Assembly: GCF_009914755.1 (NCBI RefSeq) | Contig: NC_060929.1 | DNA length: 64,000 bases | From: the human T2T-CHM13v2.0 reference genome, Homo sapiens | Direction: 5' to 3' (one strand) | Shown: positions 16,380-32,396 of the stretch, piece by piece | How the letters are laid out: each line of letters begins with the position of its first letter | How positions within the stretch are numbered: the stretch's first letter is position 1 | Notes under the pieces: generated by a model | Database searches by the model: none | What the model was told of the DNA's origin: nothing | The model's input: the letters and a program-made list of their open reading frames with translations, nothing else | Made by a program: the position numbers and the translations under genes

Positions 16380-16554
16380 CTATATTTTATTGATTCTAAG
16401 ATGCACAGTTTTTCAATTTTAATCTCTTGGAAATCAGAATGTATCTTACCGTTGGTGGGTCCCATATAATTGACAGCTGTTTTTCTTTCTGAGAGGTATG
16501 TGCAATAATGATACATCTTATAATCAGTGGTGTCTTAGAGTTGATGAATTATGG
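16380..16554 (+). mobile_element. MER104-like TcMar MITE
   Basis: Imperfect terminal inverted repeats tattttattgattctaagatg / tgtcttagagttgatgaattatgg, ~175 bp, followed by TA. Confidence 0.75.
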
Positions 16555-17361
16555 TATTTGCCTAAAGAGTTTTTATAAGGATTAAAATGTATTATTCAAG
16601 TGCTTCTCTTTCACTATGGCATATAAAGAGGCCAGGGCCTGGAAAATGCTCAGGTGCATTTCAGTTTTGAGCTTATAAAACTGGGTAGATAACATGACTA
16701 GTGAGCAAAAATGGCTTTCACTGGTCAACCAAAGTGACTAGCTGTAAAAAAAAAAAAAAAAAAAATTAATGCAGCAAGGAGAGTAGATCCCATAGATGTG
16801 AAAATTTGGCCATATTTGCCTGTGTGTGCCTTGATTTTATACCTTGTAATCTTTTGTTTACAATAAGGGGCTTTCTGCGATTTGTTTTAATTTAGAACAC
16901 TTTAGTAGCAATAGAAACACTGGATACATTTTTGTATGGTACATTTGATGTATATAGAATTAGTACTTTATTTTTAAGAGGTAAAGCATTATGTTGGGGG
17001 AAAAGTAGGGTGGGTTTCCACATTTGCATTTTTATGTTAAAAATAAAGTCAAGATTTGGGGGAAAAAAAAAAGAAAATTCAGCCAGATTTGTATCTGATT
17101 AGGTCATTTTTCTAAGTCACTTAACATTTCGAGCATGATCAAGATAATGCTTGACCATTAAGCAATAGTGTTTGATCATTAAGTGAAACACTTATTTTAG
17201 AAACCACATGTGTTGTAATTCACAATCCTGGAATGTTGTTTAAAGTAGGCAGGTGGGCATTTTTATAGGGTTAGGGTGCCTGGCCAGTGGAAGGCACTGA
17301 AACAAAAATTAACTTTATTTCTTTCATAAATGCTTACCCCCATCTGATCTGTACAGTAGAA

Positions 17362-17505
17362 CAGTAGTTTCTAATCTGTTTTTGGGCCATTGACTGTTTG
17401 AGAATCTGACATGCTATTCAGGAAAGTGCATCTGCTTACATCTTTTGTTTACAGGTCCAAGGGTTCACAGACTCTTGACTGTCTAAGCATTGTTAAGATC
17501 CAGGC
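17362..17505 (+). mobile_element. hAT-Charlie-like MITE remnant
   Basis: cagtagtttctaa...tttgagaatctga...gggttcacagac...gttaaga pattern. Confidence 0.45.
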
Positions 17506-17795
17506 TTCTGTGCAATAGCTCTTGAACAAGTGCCTTCCATCATATCTCATTTCTTTTTCCTACTTCTCAAGGCCAGGTGCAAGAAGCAGTGGGTGGGTAC
17601 AATTTAGTGCTCTGTGAGGTTAAAAGGAATGGAGAATGAATTAATAGGAATAGTGGCACCTCCCTATGATCCTGGTCTAGCTACCTTTACAACTGACAGG
17701 GTTGTGAGGATCCAGTAAGATGTGAAAGTGCTTTGAGATGTTAAAAACCCCTTGCAAGTATGAGATGGTATTCAGTGGCTTTGCTCTTTCAATAG

Positions 17796-17864
17796 GTGGC
17801 GGTTGCAAACTTTGTGGCTCTGTGGAACATTTAAAGAAAGATTGCCCTGAAAGTCAGAATTCAG
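17796..17864 (+). CDS. ZCCHC9: ZCCHC9 exon 5 (zinc knuckle 4)
   Basis: caatag|GT GGC GGT TGC...TCA G|gtgaga; encodes GGCKLCGSVEHLKKDCPESQNS; 69 nt. Confidence 0.97.
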
Positions 17865-19129
17865 GTGAGATCTCTGGGCCTCTACTTAGAAGGGGTGAGA
17901 TTAGTATTCCTCTGCGTTTTATTCTGCACTTGTTATTAATAACTCAATTGGGATACTAATGATTTTAAGACAACCTGTTTTCCTACTGTAGCAATGACTT
18001 AATCTCTGTCAGCAATAGACACACATAGTATTGAGTAACTGAATAGTTGGGGGAAAAAAGTGACCAGTAAGCCTTAGGGGACCCTGACTTTATAAGACAC
18101 CTGATTCATAAGCATTTATATTTGCTAACTAATGAATTTAATATAATAGAGCCAATTCTGTTACTTACAGAAAAATATGAATTCACTGAGAAAATAAAAA
18201 ATATGAAATAACTTTCAATAGCCTTAATATTGAGTGTCCTTATGTATGCTTTGCTTTGTATGTACCTAAAAGATTCAGAGTTGATTGCAGAAACTACCAA
18301 AAATATTAAAAATGTGTTATCTACACAGTATCTGGCGATTTTCTTCCTGATGAAATACCAGCCTTATTCATCAAACACTTCAGAGATGTTCACTCTACCT
18401 ATGGCAGACTTTTAAGGAAGTGGAGATCATTATTACATTAGTTTGCCTGGACTAGAATGATAATCCTATGTGAAGGAAAGCAAGAAGACAGTAGGATAGC
18501 CCAGCAGTGCTTCTTATGGAAAGAGCACTTTTTTTTTATTTCACGTAGTCACAACACTACGCAAATAAGTCTGCTCATTCTTACTTCCTATCCCTAACAT
18601 TTAAATTTGAAAACCAAGAGTTCTTATTTACAAGCTTGTCTAGAAGATAGTCTTTAGTACATTGTAGGCAGTGAGATTGAAATGATGAAGTGGAATTTGA
18701 ATTCTCCCTCCTGGGAGGATTGCCACTTCCCAAATGACAAGACTGACAAGCAGATGTTGTATAATTTCACAGGTGGAATCTTGTGCATTTAAAACTGATG
18801 CTTCATAAGCCTTGCTGTTTACAGACTCTTGGAATTCATTGACTCTGTAATGATGAACTCTGGGAAAGAATGAAAGAGCTTTCTCATCAGTTCGTGCATT
18901 GCAAAGTAGTTGCTGCATTTCCCTAATTGGGATGAGAAATTGCCTGTGGTACTCTGAAATCAAGGGTTATAATCAATTACAGAATTGCTCACTTTCCTTT
19001 AGTGATGGAGTCTTCCCTCCTTGTGATTATTCATATCAAAATGAGTTCCTTTCCCAAACCAATAACAATCTGAGTGGATGCATTTGATTACTGTTTTTCT
19101 AACATTCTGATTTTTCTATTCCTTTACAG

Positions 19130-19248
19130 AGCGAATGGTCACAGTTGGTCGCTGGGCAAAGGGAATGAGTGCAGACTATGAAGAAATTTTGGATGTACCT
19201 AAACCGCAAAAACCCAAAACAAAAATACCTAAAGTTGTTAATTTTTGA
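19130..19248 (+). CDS. ZCCHC9: ZCCHC9 exon 6 coding part to TGA
   Basis: tttacag|AG CGA ATG...GTT AAT TTT TGA; exon sum 384+151+93+69+119=816 nt = 271 aa plus stop. Confidence 0.96.
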
Positions 19249-19457
19249 TAACAGCTAGCACTATCATGAGTTACTACCTCATTGTTACTTTCTAAACCAG
19301 GCCCGCTTCACGAGTTAGAGTTGAGCTCCCCTGTAGCCAGGACTATGCTGTAGATATCAGTATGATCTGGGTGTGGCCAAAAACAATTTTCTTTATTCTG
19401 TCTATCAAATAGTACTTCTACCACTGTTTGGAGAAAATTGAAGAAAAGAATAAGATG

Positions 19458-19854
19458 ATTAAATGAATTCTCTAAAAGAACATATTTTAAGAGACAGAAC
19501 TTAGACATAACCAAGTAGTTGTATACCTGATTGTAACAATCATCTTTTATAAAAGCAAAATTATGCATAAATGTAAAACACCCCTAAACAAAGGGAACAA
19601 ATGAATTTTTGGTTATATTGTTTTCTTGGCTCAAAGTATCAATTTATTATTATAATAGAAATTTATAAGTTGCTAGAAAGTCTATATTTTTAAAGTACGG
19701 AATAAAAATATGTTTTCTATTAAGCAATAGAAATATTTTTGTGTATAATTTTTCTGAATACTTGATTCTCGATTGAAATATCCATTGTTCGTTAATATCC
19801 ATGTAACAATCCCATTGGAAACAAGATTTTTTTTGAATCCTAGATGAGAATAAA
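19458..19854 (+). terminator. ZCCHC9: Candidate ZCCHC9 polyadenylation signals
   Basis: ATTAAA 19458-19463, AATAAA 19701-19706, AATAAA 19849-19854 followed by a GT/T-rich tract. Confidence 0.55.
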
Positions 19855-20606
19855 CAGGGATTTGGTTTTTGTTTTAGTTTTGACATAAAGGATTCCAAGT
19901 TACTGAAGTTAAAATTGAAATATCTCAGTTTAACAGCAGCTCTTTTTTGCCCTTGATTTTCAAGAGAGAACTTCTAGCCAAAATTCAGTTTTTGTTACTT
20001 AACCAGAATGATGGCAGATAACAGATGGTATAATAAACTTAATAGCATTTTGTTCTCGTGTTTTAGATGAGTCAGAGTAAGATGGAAGTATCACCATAAT
20101 AGAGTTAGAACACTAATCAGAGACCCATTAGCTTCTTTGTTTGATTTGATGAATTCATGCATACTTAATACATATATTTCACAAGGCTTAACACTACCAT
20201 TGTACTGTATAATGGAATGACTCTAGTGGTTTTGTGTTTCATTTGAAATTTTACCTGATTGAATCCATTTGTAACTAAAGGAAACAGCTGTGATTAGTTA
20301 CTGATGCCTCAAAAGCAAAATATTTACCAAATAAGAAAAGAAACACTTTTCTCTGTTTTCATCTCTGCACAACTCGACAGTTCTAGTCTTAATAGGAGCT
20401 GTTCTTTTATTTCAGTGTGAGAGGAAAACATGACAAAATACTGCTCAGCATCCCAGAGCTTAAGGAAATGAGTGCTATTTAGAAGGAATTGCACAAGCCA
20501 GGCAGTTGGAAAAGGACAGTAATGCTGCCTTAGTCATCTAGTCCGAACGCACCCAGATTTATTTCACCTGTCCCATCAGGAGCAGAGTCTACAGCCTGTC
20601 AGCTGA

Positions 20607-20988
<382 letters not shown>

Positions 20989-21409
20989 TACTTTGTTTAT
21001 ATTTTAATGATCTATAAATATTAGGCAGTGAAGTCATTAGAAATAAACTGCAGGTACTGAATGTAACATTAAACACGTGTAGAGACACTAAAAGGAATGC
21101 ACCAGAGGCAGAAATCCTGAGAGATCCTGAGTGTTCATTAAAAGGAACTATAGATGTTGGTTATTTTCTTAGCTAAAAATGCCTAAAGAGGAAGGCAAAC
21201 AATTTATTCATTCATCTTATATATTTCCCAAGCACTACTATGTTCCTGTTACTCTTATGCACTTGAAATTGTGGCAGTCAGCAAGACAGACAAGACCACA
21301 TGCATTATAATGGGGCTGAATAATGGACAGGAGACTTAGGGAAAATACCAGCAAGAAATGTTTTATTACATTCCTAAAATATTTTTTGAATCCCCTGAGA
21401 CTTTAAAAA

Positions 21410-21565
21410 AATTTTTAAGATGGGGTCTTACCCTGTCACCCAGGCTGGAGTGCAGTGATGCAATCGTAGCTCACTGAAGCCTCAAACACCTGGGCTCCAG
21501 CGATCCTCCCGCCTCAGCCTCCTGAGTTGCTGGGATTACAATAGGCATGAGCCACTACACCCAGC
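21410..21565 (-). mobile_element. Alu monomer (FRAM/FLAM-like)
   Basis: ~150-bp single arm. Confidence 0.85.
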
Positions 21566-21599
21566 TGAATCCCCTAAGACTTAGTCTTTAGTGCTCCTT

Positions 21600-22650
21600 C
21601 GGTCTTTTGTAAATTTCATCTCTTCTTACAAACTTATCTTTCACTTTTCCATAAATGATTCCTAAATCTCCAGCTAGCCCTAAAATCCCAGGTTTCAGTC
21701 CCGTCTTTTCACCTGCCTCCTGAATGTTCCTACTGGGATGCTCCACTAATACTTCAAATTCAATATGGCTTTAAACAGACTCACTTTCCCCTGGGGAAAA
21801 AGTGAGTTTACCTTTTTGTCTCTTTTTTCACTACAATTATGTTCCAAGCCATGAGGCCTGAATCTCAAGTTGCTCTTTACTTGACATTCCCTCCAGTCCC
21901 CATGGCCAGCCCCCCATCCCTGCTTATTTCCTTCAGGCATCTGCTATGACCAGCTTGAGTCTTTCTATGACCATCCTTATAGGAAAGAGCAGCTCCTTGC
22001 TTCCTCATCCCAATACCTAACACTATAGCTCTATTTGTTCCCTCTCTACCAGATTATAGGTTACACGAGGGCAGGAATTTTGATTCTTGTTCATTGCTAT
22101 ATCCCTAGAAATGCTTGGAATGTATGAAGCATTTGCATTTGTTGAATGAGTTAATTCAATGAGTGATATAAAAGGAATCAACAGAGAGATGATGCAAGTG
22201 ACTGGGTAGCTCTTAGATTGGATAATCAAGAGGAGGCCTCTGTGGAAATTTTAAAGCTGAAATCTGAATGACACAAAGGAACCAGTCTTGAGTTAGCCAA
22301 AACCCCTAAAGAGAGAATGAGTTTGCCATATGTGAGGGACAGAAAGGAGTGTAGCTGAAGCCTAGAGAAGGGCCACATCAGGGCTATTCTGACCACCCTA
22401 TTTAAAACAGAATCTACATCTCCATCCTAACACTGGCACTCCTGGTTCCCCTTACTTTGCTTTATGTTTTTCTGTGTCATTTATCACCTTCTACCATATT
22501 AAGTTATTTATTATATGTGTCGTTTTTGTCCCATCTCTCTGCTAGAATATAATCTCCACGGGGGGTGGATTCTTGTCTGTTCACTGATATACCCCAAATG
22601 CCTAAAACAGTACTTAGCACATAGTAGGCCCATAATATGTATTTATCATT
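21600..22650. mobile_element. L2 fragments in both orientations
   Basis: L2 3' motifs (tttgttgaatgag; gcctaaaacagtacttagcacatagtagg). Confidence 0.6.
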
Positions 22651-23734
22651 TGACGAAGTCAGAGAGGTGGTGGGGGCAGTATCACACTGGAAAATTTAGG
22701 AAGCCATGGGAAAGTTTTGGTTTTATTCCCCTAACAGCTTTATTGAGATATAATTCACATACGATAAAATTCACACTTTTAAAGTGTACAACTAACTGGC
22801 TTTTAATCTAGTCAGAGTTGTACAACCATCGCCATTAATTCCAGGACATGTTGTCACCCCATCAACAGCCAATACCCTTAAGCAGTTGCTCCCTATCCCT
22901 TCCTTCCCCCAGCTACTGGCATCTACTAATTTACCTTCTGTCTCTATACAGTTGCCTGTTCTGGACACTTTATGTAAATGGAATCATGCAATATGTGGTT
23001 TTTTGTGATTGGCTTCCTTCAGTTAACATGATGTTTTCAAGATTCATCCATAATAATCTATTGCATAGATATACCACATTTTATTCATCAGTTGATGGGC
23101 ATTTGGGTGTTTGCCACTTTTTGGTTATTATTAACAAGGCTACTGTGAACATTTGTGTATAATCTTGTGAGGACATGTTTTCATTTCTCTTGGATATATA
23201 CCTAGGAGTATATACCTAGAATATTTTTCAAAGTGACTATACCATTCGATAATCTAATCAGCAATGTATGAGAGTTTCAATTCTCCACATCCTTGGCAAC
23301 ACTTGATTTTGTTTCTCCTTTTTATTTTTGTCATCCCAGTGGGTGTAAAGTGGAATCTCATTGTGGTTTTGATTTGCATCCCCTAATGACTAATGACGTA
23401 GAATGCCTTTTCATGTGCTTATTGGCCATTTGTTATATGATCTCTGCAGAAAAGTCCATTCAAATTCTTTTCCTGTATTTTTTAATTGGGTTGTTATTTA
23501 TTGCAGAATTGAAACGGCTTTATTTATTCTATATACAAATTCTTTAACAGGTTTATGATTTGCAAATGTTTTCTCTCATTCTGTGGTTTGTCTTTTGACT
23601 TTCTTGATGGTGTCCTTTGAGGCACAAAAATTTTAAATTTTGATGGAGTTCATCTTATCTGATTTTTCTTTTTATTCTTGTGTTTTTGGTGTTATCTTTG
23701 ATGTCACACCTAGGAAACCACTGTCTAACCCAAG

Positions 23735-24415
<681 letters not shown>

Positions 24416-24452
24416 CCAAGGTCTGGTTTTCTTCTGAGTTTTATATTTTTAG

Positions 24453-24783
<331 letters not shown>

Positions 24784-26023
24784 TAATTACTTTTGTGTAT
24801 ATGACTGGAGGTAGGGAATCCAACATCATGTTTTGCATGTGGATATCCAGTTTTCCCAGCACTGTTTGTTGAAAATTTTAGAGTATTCTTTCTTCATTAA
24901 ATTGTTTTGGTTTCCTTTTTGAAATCATTGACCACAAATATAACAGTATATTTTTGGACTCTCAGTTCTATTCCAATGATCCTTATGTATATCCTTATGC
25001 CAGTACCACACTTTTGATTACTATAGCTTTGTACTAAGTTTTGAAATTAGTAAGTGTAAGTCCTCAAACTTTTCAAGTTTATTTTCTCTTGTTCATTTTC
25101 TCTTCTCTATTTTCCCTTATATTTCCATATGAATCTCACAATGAGCATTAGTTCATCAATTTCTGCAAAAAAGCCAGCTTCAGTTTCGATAGGGATTGTG
25201 TTGAGTCTGTAGATGAATTTGGGGAATATGGCCATCTTAACAATATTAAGTTTCCTGATCCATGAACATAGGGGTCATGATTCTCCTTATTTTCCTTTTA
25301 AGTTTTTACCTAGCTTCTTGTTTGCCTCAACTAGTATCACTGCATCAGGCAGTTATGATGTTAAACAATTGCTGCTGATTGTTTTCCACCACACTCAGGA
25401 GATGGGGCTGTTTGCACTAAATAAGTGCTAAATCAAAGGCAAGCTTTAGAAAGAGGCTTTTCCAGAGAACTGCCAAGCAGGAAAAACAGTGATAGTTTTC
25501 TGGGGATGTTTGTTGGGGGAGAGCTCCAATTCCCCACCCCCACCTCCCCAGTGGCTATTAGGCTGCTATTTTTCACAGCAACTGTAATTGTGAGATTGCT
25601 GATTTTCAAAACTACTTAGGACCTGCTGGAGAAGAGAATGGGAATAGGACAAGTTGAAATGCTACAAAACTCATGCTCTTACAGAGATTCAGCTGCTTTT
25701 CTTGAATAAACACTCCTTGTATTGTTGCAAGCCTTTGATTCACTTCCAGAGTTCTGAAAAAGCTTATTTGGATAATTTTTGCTAAAGTTTTTGTTACCAT
25801 TATGAAACAGGTTCCTAGTTGACTATTCTGGACATCCTTCTCCCTGTTGGAAAGCTGTTGTGGTTTCTCAAATAACAACTGTATTGTGATATAATTCACG
25901 TATCATATAATTGACTATTTAAAGTGTATAATTCAATGGTTTTAGTATATTCACAGAGCTATGCAACCATAACCACAATCAATTTTAGAGCATCTTCAAC
26001 ACTTTCAAAAGAAATCCATACCA

Positions 26024-26339
<316 letters not shown>

Positions 26340-27374
26340 TCATTCATCCTTCCTATCCCCCAATGCTCACAGACACCCCACCCACCCTACCCTAAGCACC
26401 CATGAACCTACTTTCTTTCTCTAAATATTTGCCTACTCTCCTCATTGGGAAGTTTTAAGCTAGGAAGTGACATGCTGTGACAAAGCTTTTTAAAAAATAT
26501 CATTCTGGCTGCTATATGGAGAATAAATTGTAGGAGTACAAGAGTAAACACAGAGAAATTAGGAAGCTCTTGCAGTAAGAAATGATAGTGTCTTAGACTA
26601 GGGCGGTGAATGTGAAGATAGAGAGAAATGGACATAAATTTTGTTTCTGGCAGGAGGGTGAACCTCCAATTTGTCTTACCACCAAAAATACACCCCCAAA
26701 ATGTGGAATAAATTTATTTTTCAATCTCCTTAAAAGCATAACTGAGTTTACAAGGAAGCACAGAACCTACAGAAGCCAGATATTAAGTGAATGCAGGAGC
26801 TTCAGAAGATAAGCCGGTGCTGAAGCTGAGGGTATCTGCTGAATCCTAAAAACTTTGAGCTGCCTGGGAAAGGAAATAAAGTCAAGGGCCTACTTACTAT
26901 GGGCAGTATGGTTGAAGAACTTTGCATAAAGCAGAGACCAAAGAGCTATACCCTCAACGTAAGAGTGAATGGGACATAAGCTTGCCCTAAAGAAGACAGG
27001 AAGAAAACTTGTTGCCTGTCTCCACTTTGGCATTGGGTGGCAGGGGAGAAAAATTGTCCACTATCACCTGAGTTTTCAGTCTTAATTCATACTGCTTGTA
27101 TGGTCAAATTGGCCTCAACTTGAGATCTTCATTAAAAAATCTGCTGGCAACGGCAGAATCATCACAATCCATTCTGGCAGCCCTCGACTACAACCTAGGC
27201 CTCAAAGAATTCACACAAAATTCAAGGGACCAGACTTCATGATAAAATCACAAAAACACACAAGAAAATATGACATTATGAATAAGAGCCGGCAGCAGCA
27301 ACGAGTAGTAAAATCAATCCTGCAAACATTTCAGGTTTGGGAATTATTAGAGAAAATATAAACAAGTATGCTTT

Positions 27375-28065
27375 GTGTTTTGTTTTGTTTTGTTTGGGCC
27401 ACTATAACCAAATACTATAAACTAAACCAGATGGCTTATAAACAACAGAAATTTTTATTTCTTACAGTTCTGGAGACTAAAAAGTCCAAGATCAAGGTGC
27501 CAACAGATTCAGTGTCTGTGAAGGCCGGCTCTCTGGTTCAATAGATAGTGCCTTCTTGGCCTGGCAAGATGGCTCACGTCTGTAATCCTAGCACTCTGGG
27601 AGGCCCAGGTGGGTGGATCGCTTGAATCCAGCAGCTCAAGACCGGCCTGGGCAACATGGCAAAACCCCGTCTCTACAAAAAATACAAAATTCAGCAGAAC
27701 GTGGTGGCTTGCACCTGTAGTCCCAGCTACTTGGGAAGCTGGGGGAAAAGGATTGCTTGAGCCTAGGAGGTCAAGGCTGCAGTAAGCTAAGATCGCACCA
27801 CTGTACTCCAGTCTGGATGACAGAGACAGAGCAAGACCTTGTCTCAAAAAAAGAGAAAAGAAAAAAACCAGATAGTGCCTTCTTGCTGTGTCCTCATATG
27901 GTAGAAAGGACAAACAAACTCCTTCAGGCCTCTTTTGTAAGAGCACCAGAGGGCTCAGCCCTCAGACCAAATCACCTCTCAAATGCTCTATTTTAATAGT
28001 ATCACCTTGGGGGTTAGGATTTCAACATATGAATTTGGGGAGGATATAACATTCAGACCATAGCC
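27375..28065 (-). mobile_element. MLT1-type MaLR LTR interrupted by an Alu
   Basis: ggcttataaacaacagaaattt...cagttctggag...aagtccaagatcaaggtg...attcagaccatagc. Confidence 0.8.
27558..27869 (+). mobile_element. Alu (AluJ)
   Basis: Exact 15-bp TSD agatagtgccttctt at 27543-27557 and 27870-27884. Confidence 0.95.
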
Positions 28066-28247
28066 ATTCATATATTTAAAGAAATTTTAAAAATGGAAAA
28101 CTTGGGCAAGGAATAGGAGATTGTTTAAAAAAACAAACAAACAAACAAAAAACTACCAGACTTAAAAAGTAACCAATAGAAACTTCTAGAATTGAAATAT
28201 ATAACTGAAATTGAAATTTTAATTTTAGGTCAAAAAATGATAAAGTG

Positions 28248-28670
<423 letters not shown>

Positions 28671-28964
28671 TTATAATAGAATGGGAAAGAGGCAATATTT
28701 TTTTAAATGGCCAAGAATTTCTCAGAATCATTGAGGCTTTTCTTTTTCCTTTCAGGAAACTCAATATATCCCAAGAAGTTTAAATAAGAAGAAATACACA
28801 ATTAGGCATTATAGTGTATTGCAGAACCATAAAATAAGGAGATTATTTTAAAGCATTCAGAGAGAAAATACATTACCTACAAAGAAAAACAATATTCTCT
28901 GTCACAGTAACAATGAAAGCCAGGAAATGGTGTATAATGTCTTTAATATTATTTAATATTATTC

Positions 28965-29066
28965 CGGAAGGCGGAAGTTGCAGTGAGCCGAGATGGCACC
29001 ATTGCACTACAGCCTAGGCAACAAGAGGGAAACTCTGTCTCAAAAAATAAACAAAAAAAAAAAAAA
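28965..29066 (+). mobile_element. 5'-truncated Alu right-arm fragment
   Basis: ggcggaagttgcagtgagccgagat...A tail. Confidence 0.88.
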
Positions 29067-29217
29067 CCCCACATACATGTTAGATAATAAGAATTTAAAA
29101 GAAAAAGGGAAGTTGGCGTGGGTGGGGGTTGATTTTAAATAAGGGGCTTAGGAAAGGCCTCTTTTATAAGATAGATTTTGAGGATAGACCAAAAGGAGGT
29201 GAGGGAGTAAGCCTTGG

Positions 29218-29595
29218 TGTATTAGTCTGTTCTCAACAGTACTGCTATGAAGAAATACCTGAGACAGTAATTTATAAAGGAAAGAGGTTTAATTACTCAC
29301 AGTTCCGCATAGCTGAGAAGGCCTCAGGAAACTTAAAATCATGGTGGAAGGCAAAGCAGAAGCAGGCACCTTCTTCACAGGGCAGAGGATGGAGTGAATG
29401 CCAGCAGGGGAAATGCCAGACGCTTATAAAACCATCAGATCTCGTGAGACTCACTCATTTTCATGAGAACAGCACGGGAGAATTCGCCTCATGATTCAAT
29501 TACCTCCTTCACCTGGTCCTGCCCTTGACATGTGGGGATTATAGGGATTACAATTCAAGGTGAAATGTGGGTGGGGACACAGCAAAAGCATATCA
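29218..29595 (-). mobile_element. THE1-type MaLR solo LTR
   Basis: tgtattagtctgttctc...catatca; ccttg on both flanks. Confidence 0.88.
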
Positions 29596-29779
29596 CCTTG
29601 GGTATCCTGAGGTGAGAGAATAGATAAATGCAATTATACTGAGGAAGGAGCATGCCTGGTATAGCAAAAAGAAAAAAAAAAAAAAAAAACAGCAGAGAGA
29701 CCAATATGGCTGGAAAAGAATGAAGGAACAAACTAGTAAAAGATCATATAGTTAACAAGGCTCAGATCTTGTAGGCTCT

Positions 29780-30240
29780 ATCAGTCAGTTTCTGCTAAGT
29801 AACAATCACAAAATCTCAGAAGTATACAAGAATAACCATTTATTTAGCTCATGCCCGTGGGTCAGAGATCTAGGCTGGGCATACCTAGACAGCCCTGCAA
29901 AACCTAGCTGGGCTTGTCCACATCCATCTGCAGTTCAGTTTGGGTTCGGCTGATCTAAGCTGGACTCAGATGAAGCAGGTCTGTTCCACGTGTCTCTCTT
30001 CCCTTTCCTGGGACCATCAGACTAACCTTGGCATGTTTTTCTCATGACAGTGGCAGAAATGCAAGAAGGAAAGTCCATTGCAAAAATACTTTTCAAGCCT
30101 TTGATTGCATGATGTCTGCTAACATTCCATTGATGTGTCACATGGTCAAGCCCAGAGACAAGGAGTAGGAAAGTATACTCCATTCATGAATGAAAGGCGA
30201 CAGAATGAATAGTTCTGAATAATCATCTAATGTACCACAC
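29780..30240 (-). mobile_element. Old MLT1 LTR
   Basis: taagtaacaatcacaaaatctcag...catttatttagctcatg...taatgtaccaca. Confidence 0.6.
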
Positions 30241-30391
30241 AGACCCTTATAGACCATTATGAGACTGTGGCTCTTACCCTGTGATATGCAAAATTGTTAA
30301 TGAGTTTTGAGGAGAAATGTGACATGATCAGGTACTGGGTTGAAAGTAGAATGAAGAGAGGAGCAAAAAAGAGAAATGGAAAGATAGGTTT

Positions 30392-30542
30392 TATATATAT
30401 ATGTATATGTATAAAATATATATGTATATGTATATGTACATGTATATGTATATGTATATATGTGTATATATGTATACATATATACATATATACATGTATA
30501 TATACGTGTATATATACATATATGTATGTATATATATATATA
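30392..30542. repeat. (TA)/(TATG)n microsatellite derived from an Alu tail
   Basis: Directly visible; source of the Ile/Tyr/His-rich spurious ORFs. Confidence 0.95.
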
Positions 30543-30835
<293 letters not shown>

Positions 30836-32396
30836 TAGGTTATAATCCAGATGAGAGAAGATAGCGTTTTGGATTAGGGCTTTAGTGGTAAAGTTGATAA
30901 GAAGTAGTAAGGTTCTCATTATATTTTTGACAAAAAGCCAATAGAATTTGCTGAAGGAAAGGGAATTTGTTGGGGGAAAGGTGGCAGAATTTGGGTGGTC
31001 TGTTTTGGAAATACTGACTTTGAGATGACTATTGTCCTAATGGAAATACCAAATAAGTACTTAAGTATACAAGCATGAAGTTCAGGAGAAATTAAGCCTA
31101 GAGACATAGATGTGGGAATTTCTGGTAAATAGATGGCTTTTAAACCCAGATACTGGTTAGACTCACTGAGGAATAGATATAGAGGAGAAGAGGCCAAGGC
31201 CAGAGCCCTAGGGTAACCTAATATTGAGAGGCCTGATGGAACAGGAAGAACCACAAGAAAAGGCTTTAAAAATGGAATTAGTGATGTAGGAGGGATTCTA
31301 AGAGTGTGACATCATGGAAGTCAAGAAGAGAAAATGTTGCAAAAAGAAGCAAGGAGTCAACTTCACTGAAGGCTGCTCAGAGACTAAGTAAGTCAAGAAC
31401 AGGGCCATTAGATTTGGCAATAGAAAAGACATAGTTGATCCTGATAATAGAAGTATTGTGGAGTAGTGGAGGTGGGAGTATAGTTAGGTAAATAAAATAA
31501 AGGTGTGAAGACCACCTCTATAGACCACTGGAATAGACATGGGGCAGGATTTAGGAAATGCATCCAGAAAAAGTATCGTTTTATTTTAAGAGACACCTGT
31601 GGTTGTGAAAATTAATCCAGTGGAGGTAAAGAAGCTCCTGAAGCAGAGAAAAAAGAGAACTGATGGAAGGGAGTCCTGGAGAAGGTGAGAGAAAGTGTTC
31701 TCTGCTAGGGGTAGAGATATTTCATCCATTATAACAGAAGAAAAAGCAAAGAGGTGAAAGGCGCATGGATGGGAATAGGAAAAGACTCCTGCCTGATGGT
31801 TTATATTTTCTCAATGAATATTTTTTGAAGTTCATGACCTGAGTCAGGGTAAGAGACACGAGAAGCTTGAGGGAAGAGGACTCAGTGTGAAATAGCAAAC
31901 ATCCAGGGAGATGGAGTAGAATTACCAGCCTCCTAAGCACCCTGTTAAAATTTGTGGTCACGAACTTAAAGTGAGACCAGTACACAATTTTCACCTGCTG
32001 TGTGCAGGAATGAAGTATTATGAATAGTTTAATTTAGCCATAGTTGGGGTTTTTGTCAGAGAAGCTGAATGAAAGGACAGAGGTGCAGTGTTTTCCAGGG
32101 AGTGATTATAATGATGGACCACGGAATCTAAGCCGGACAAGGAAACGGGGGGGCATGTAAAGCGGGAATGAGTTGTGTCCAATGATAAAAATACTTTTTT
32201 TCTAATCTATTTTCAGTATCTCCAAAATATCCCTAAATTGGATGTGAAAGGTGGTATCAGGTATATAATTTTTATAGGGTGCTTCATCCTTGCAGGTGTA
32301 AAATGAGAAAGGCATTTTTAATATCAGATTTCTCTGACTTTTGAATCTGGAGATGGTTTACTGTCAATAACTGTGAAGGGTTTGAGAGTCTTGCTT

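Noticed and set aside
18682-18957. Two C-box-like ATGATGA (18682, 18850) with downstream CTGA in ZCCHC9 intron 5, suggesting C/D snoRNAs
   Set aside because: No convincing terminal stems or recognisable rRNA/snRNA antisense elements; such motifs are frequent in AT-rich DNA. A snoscan or Infernal search would settle it.
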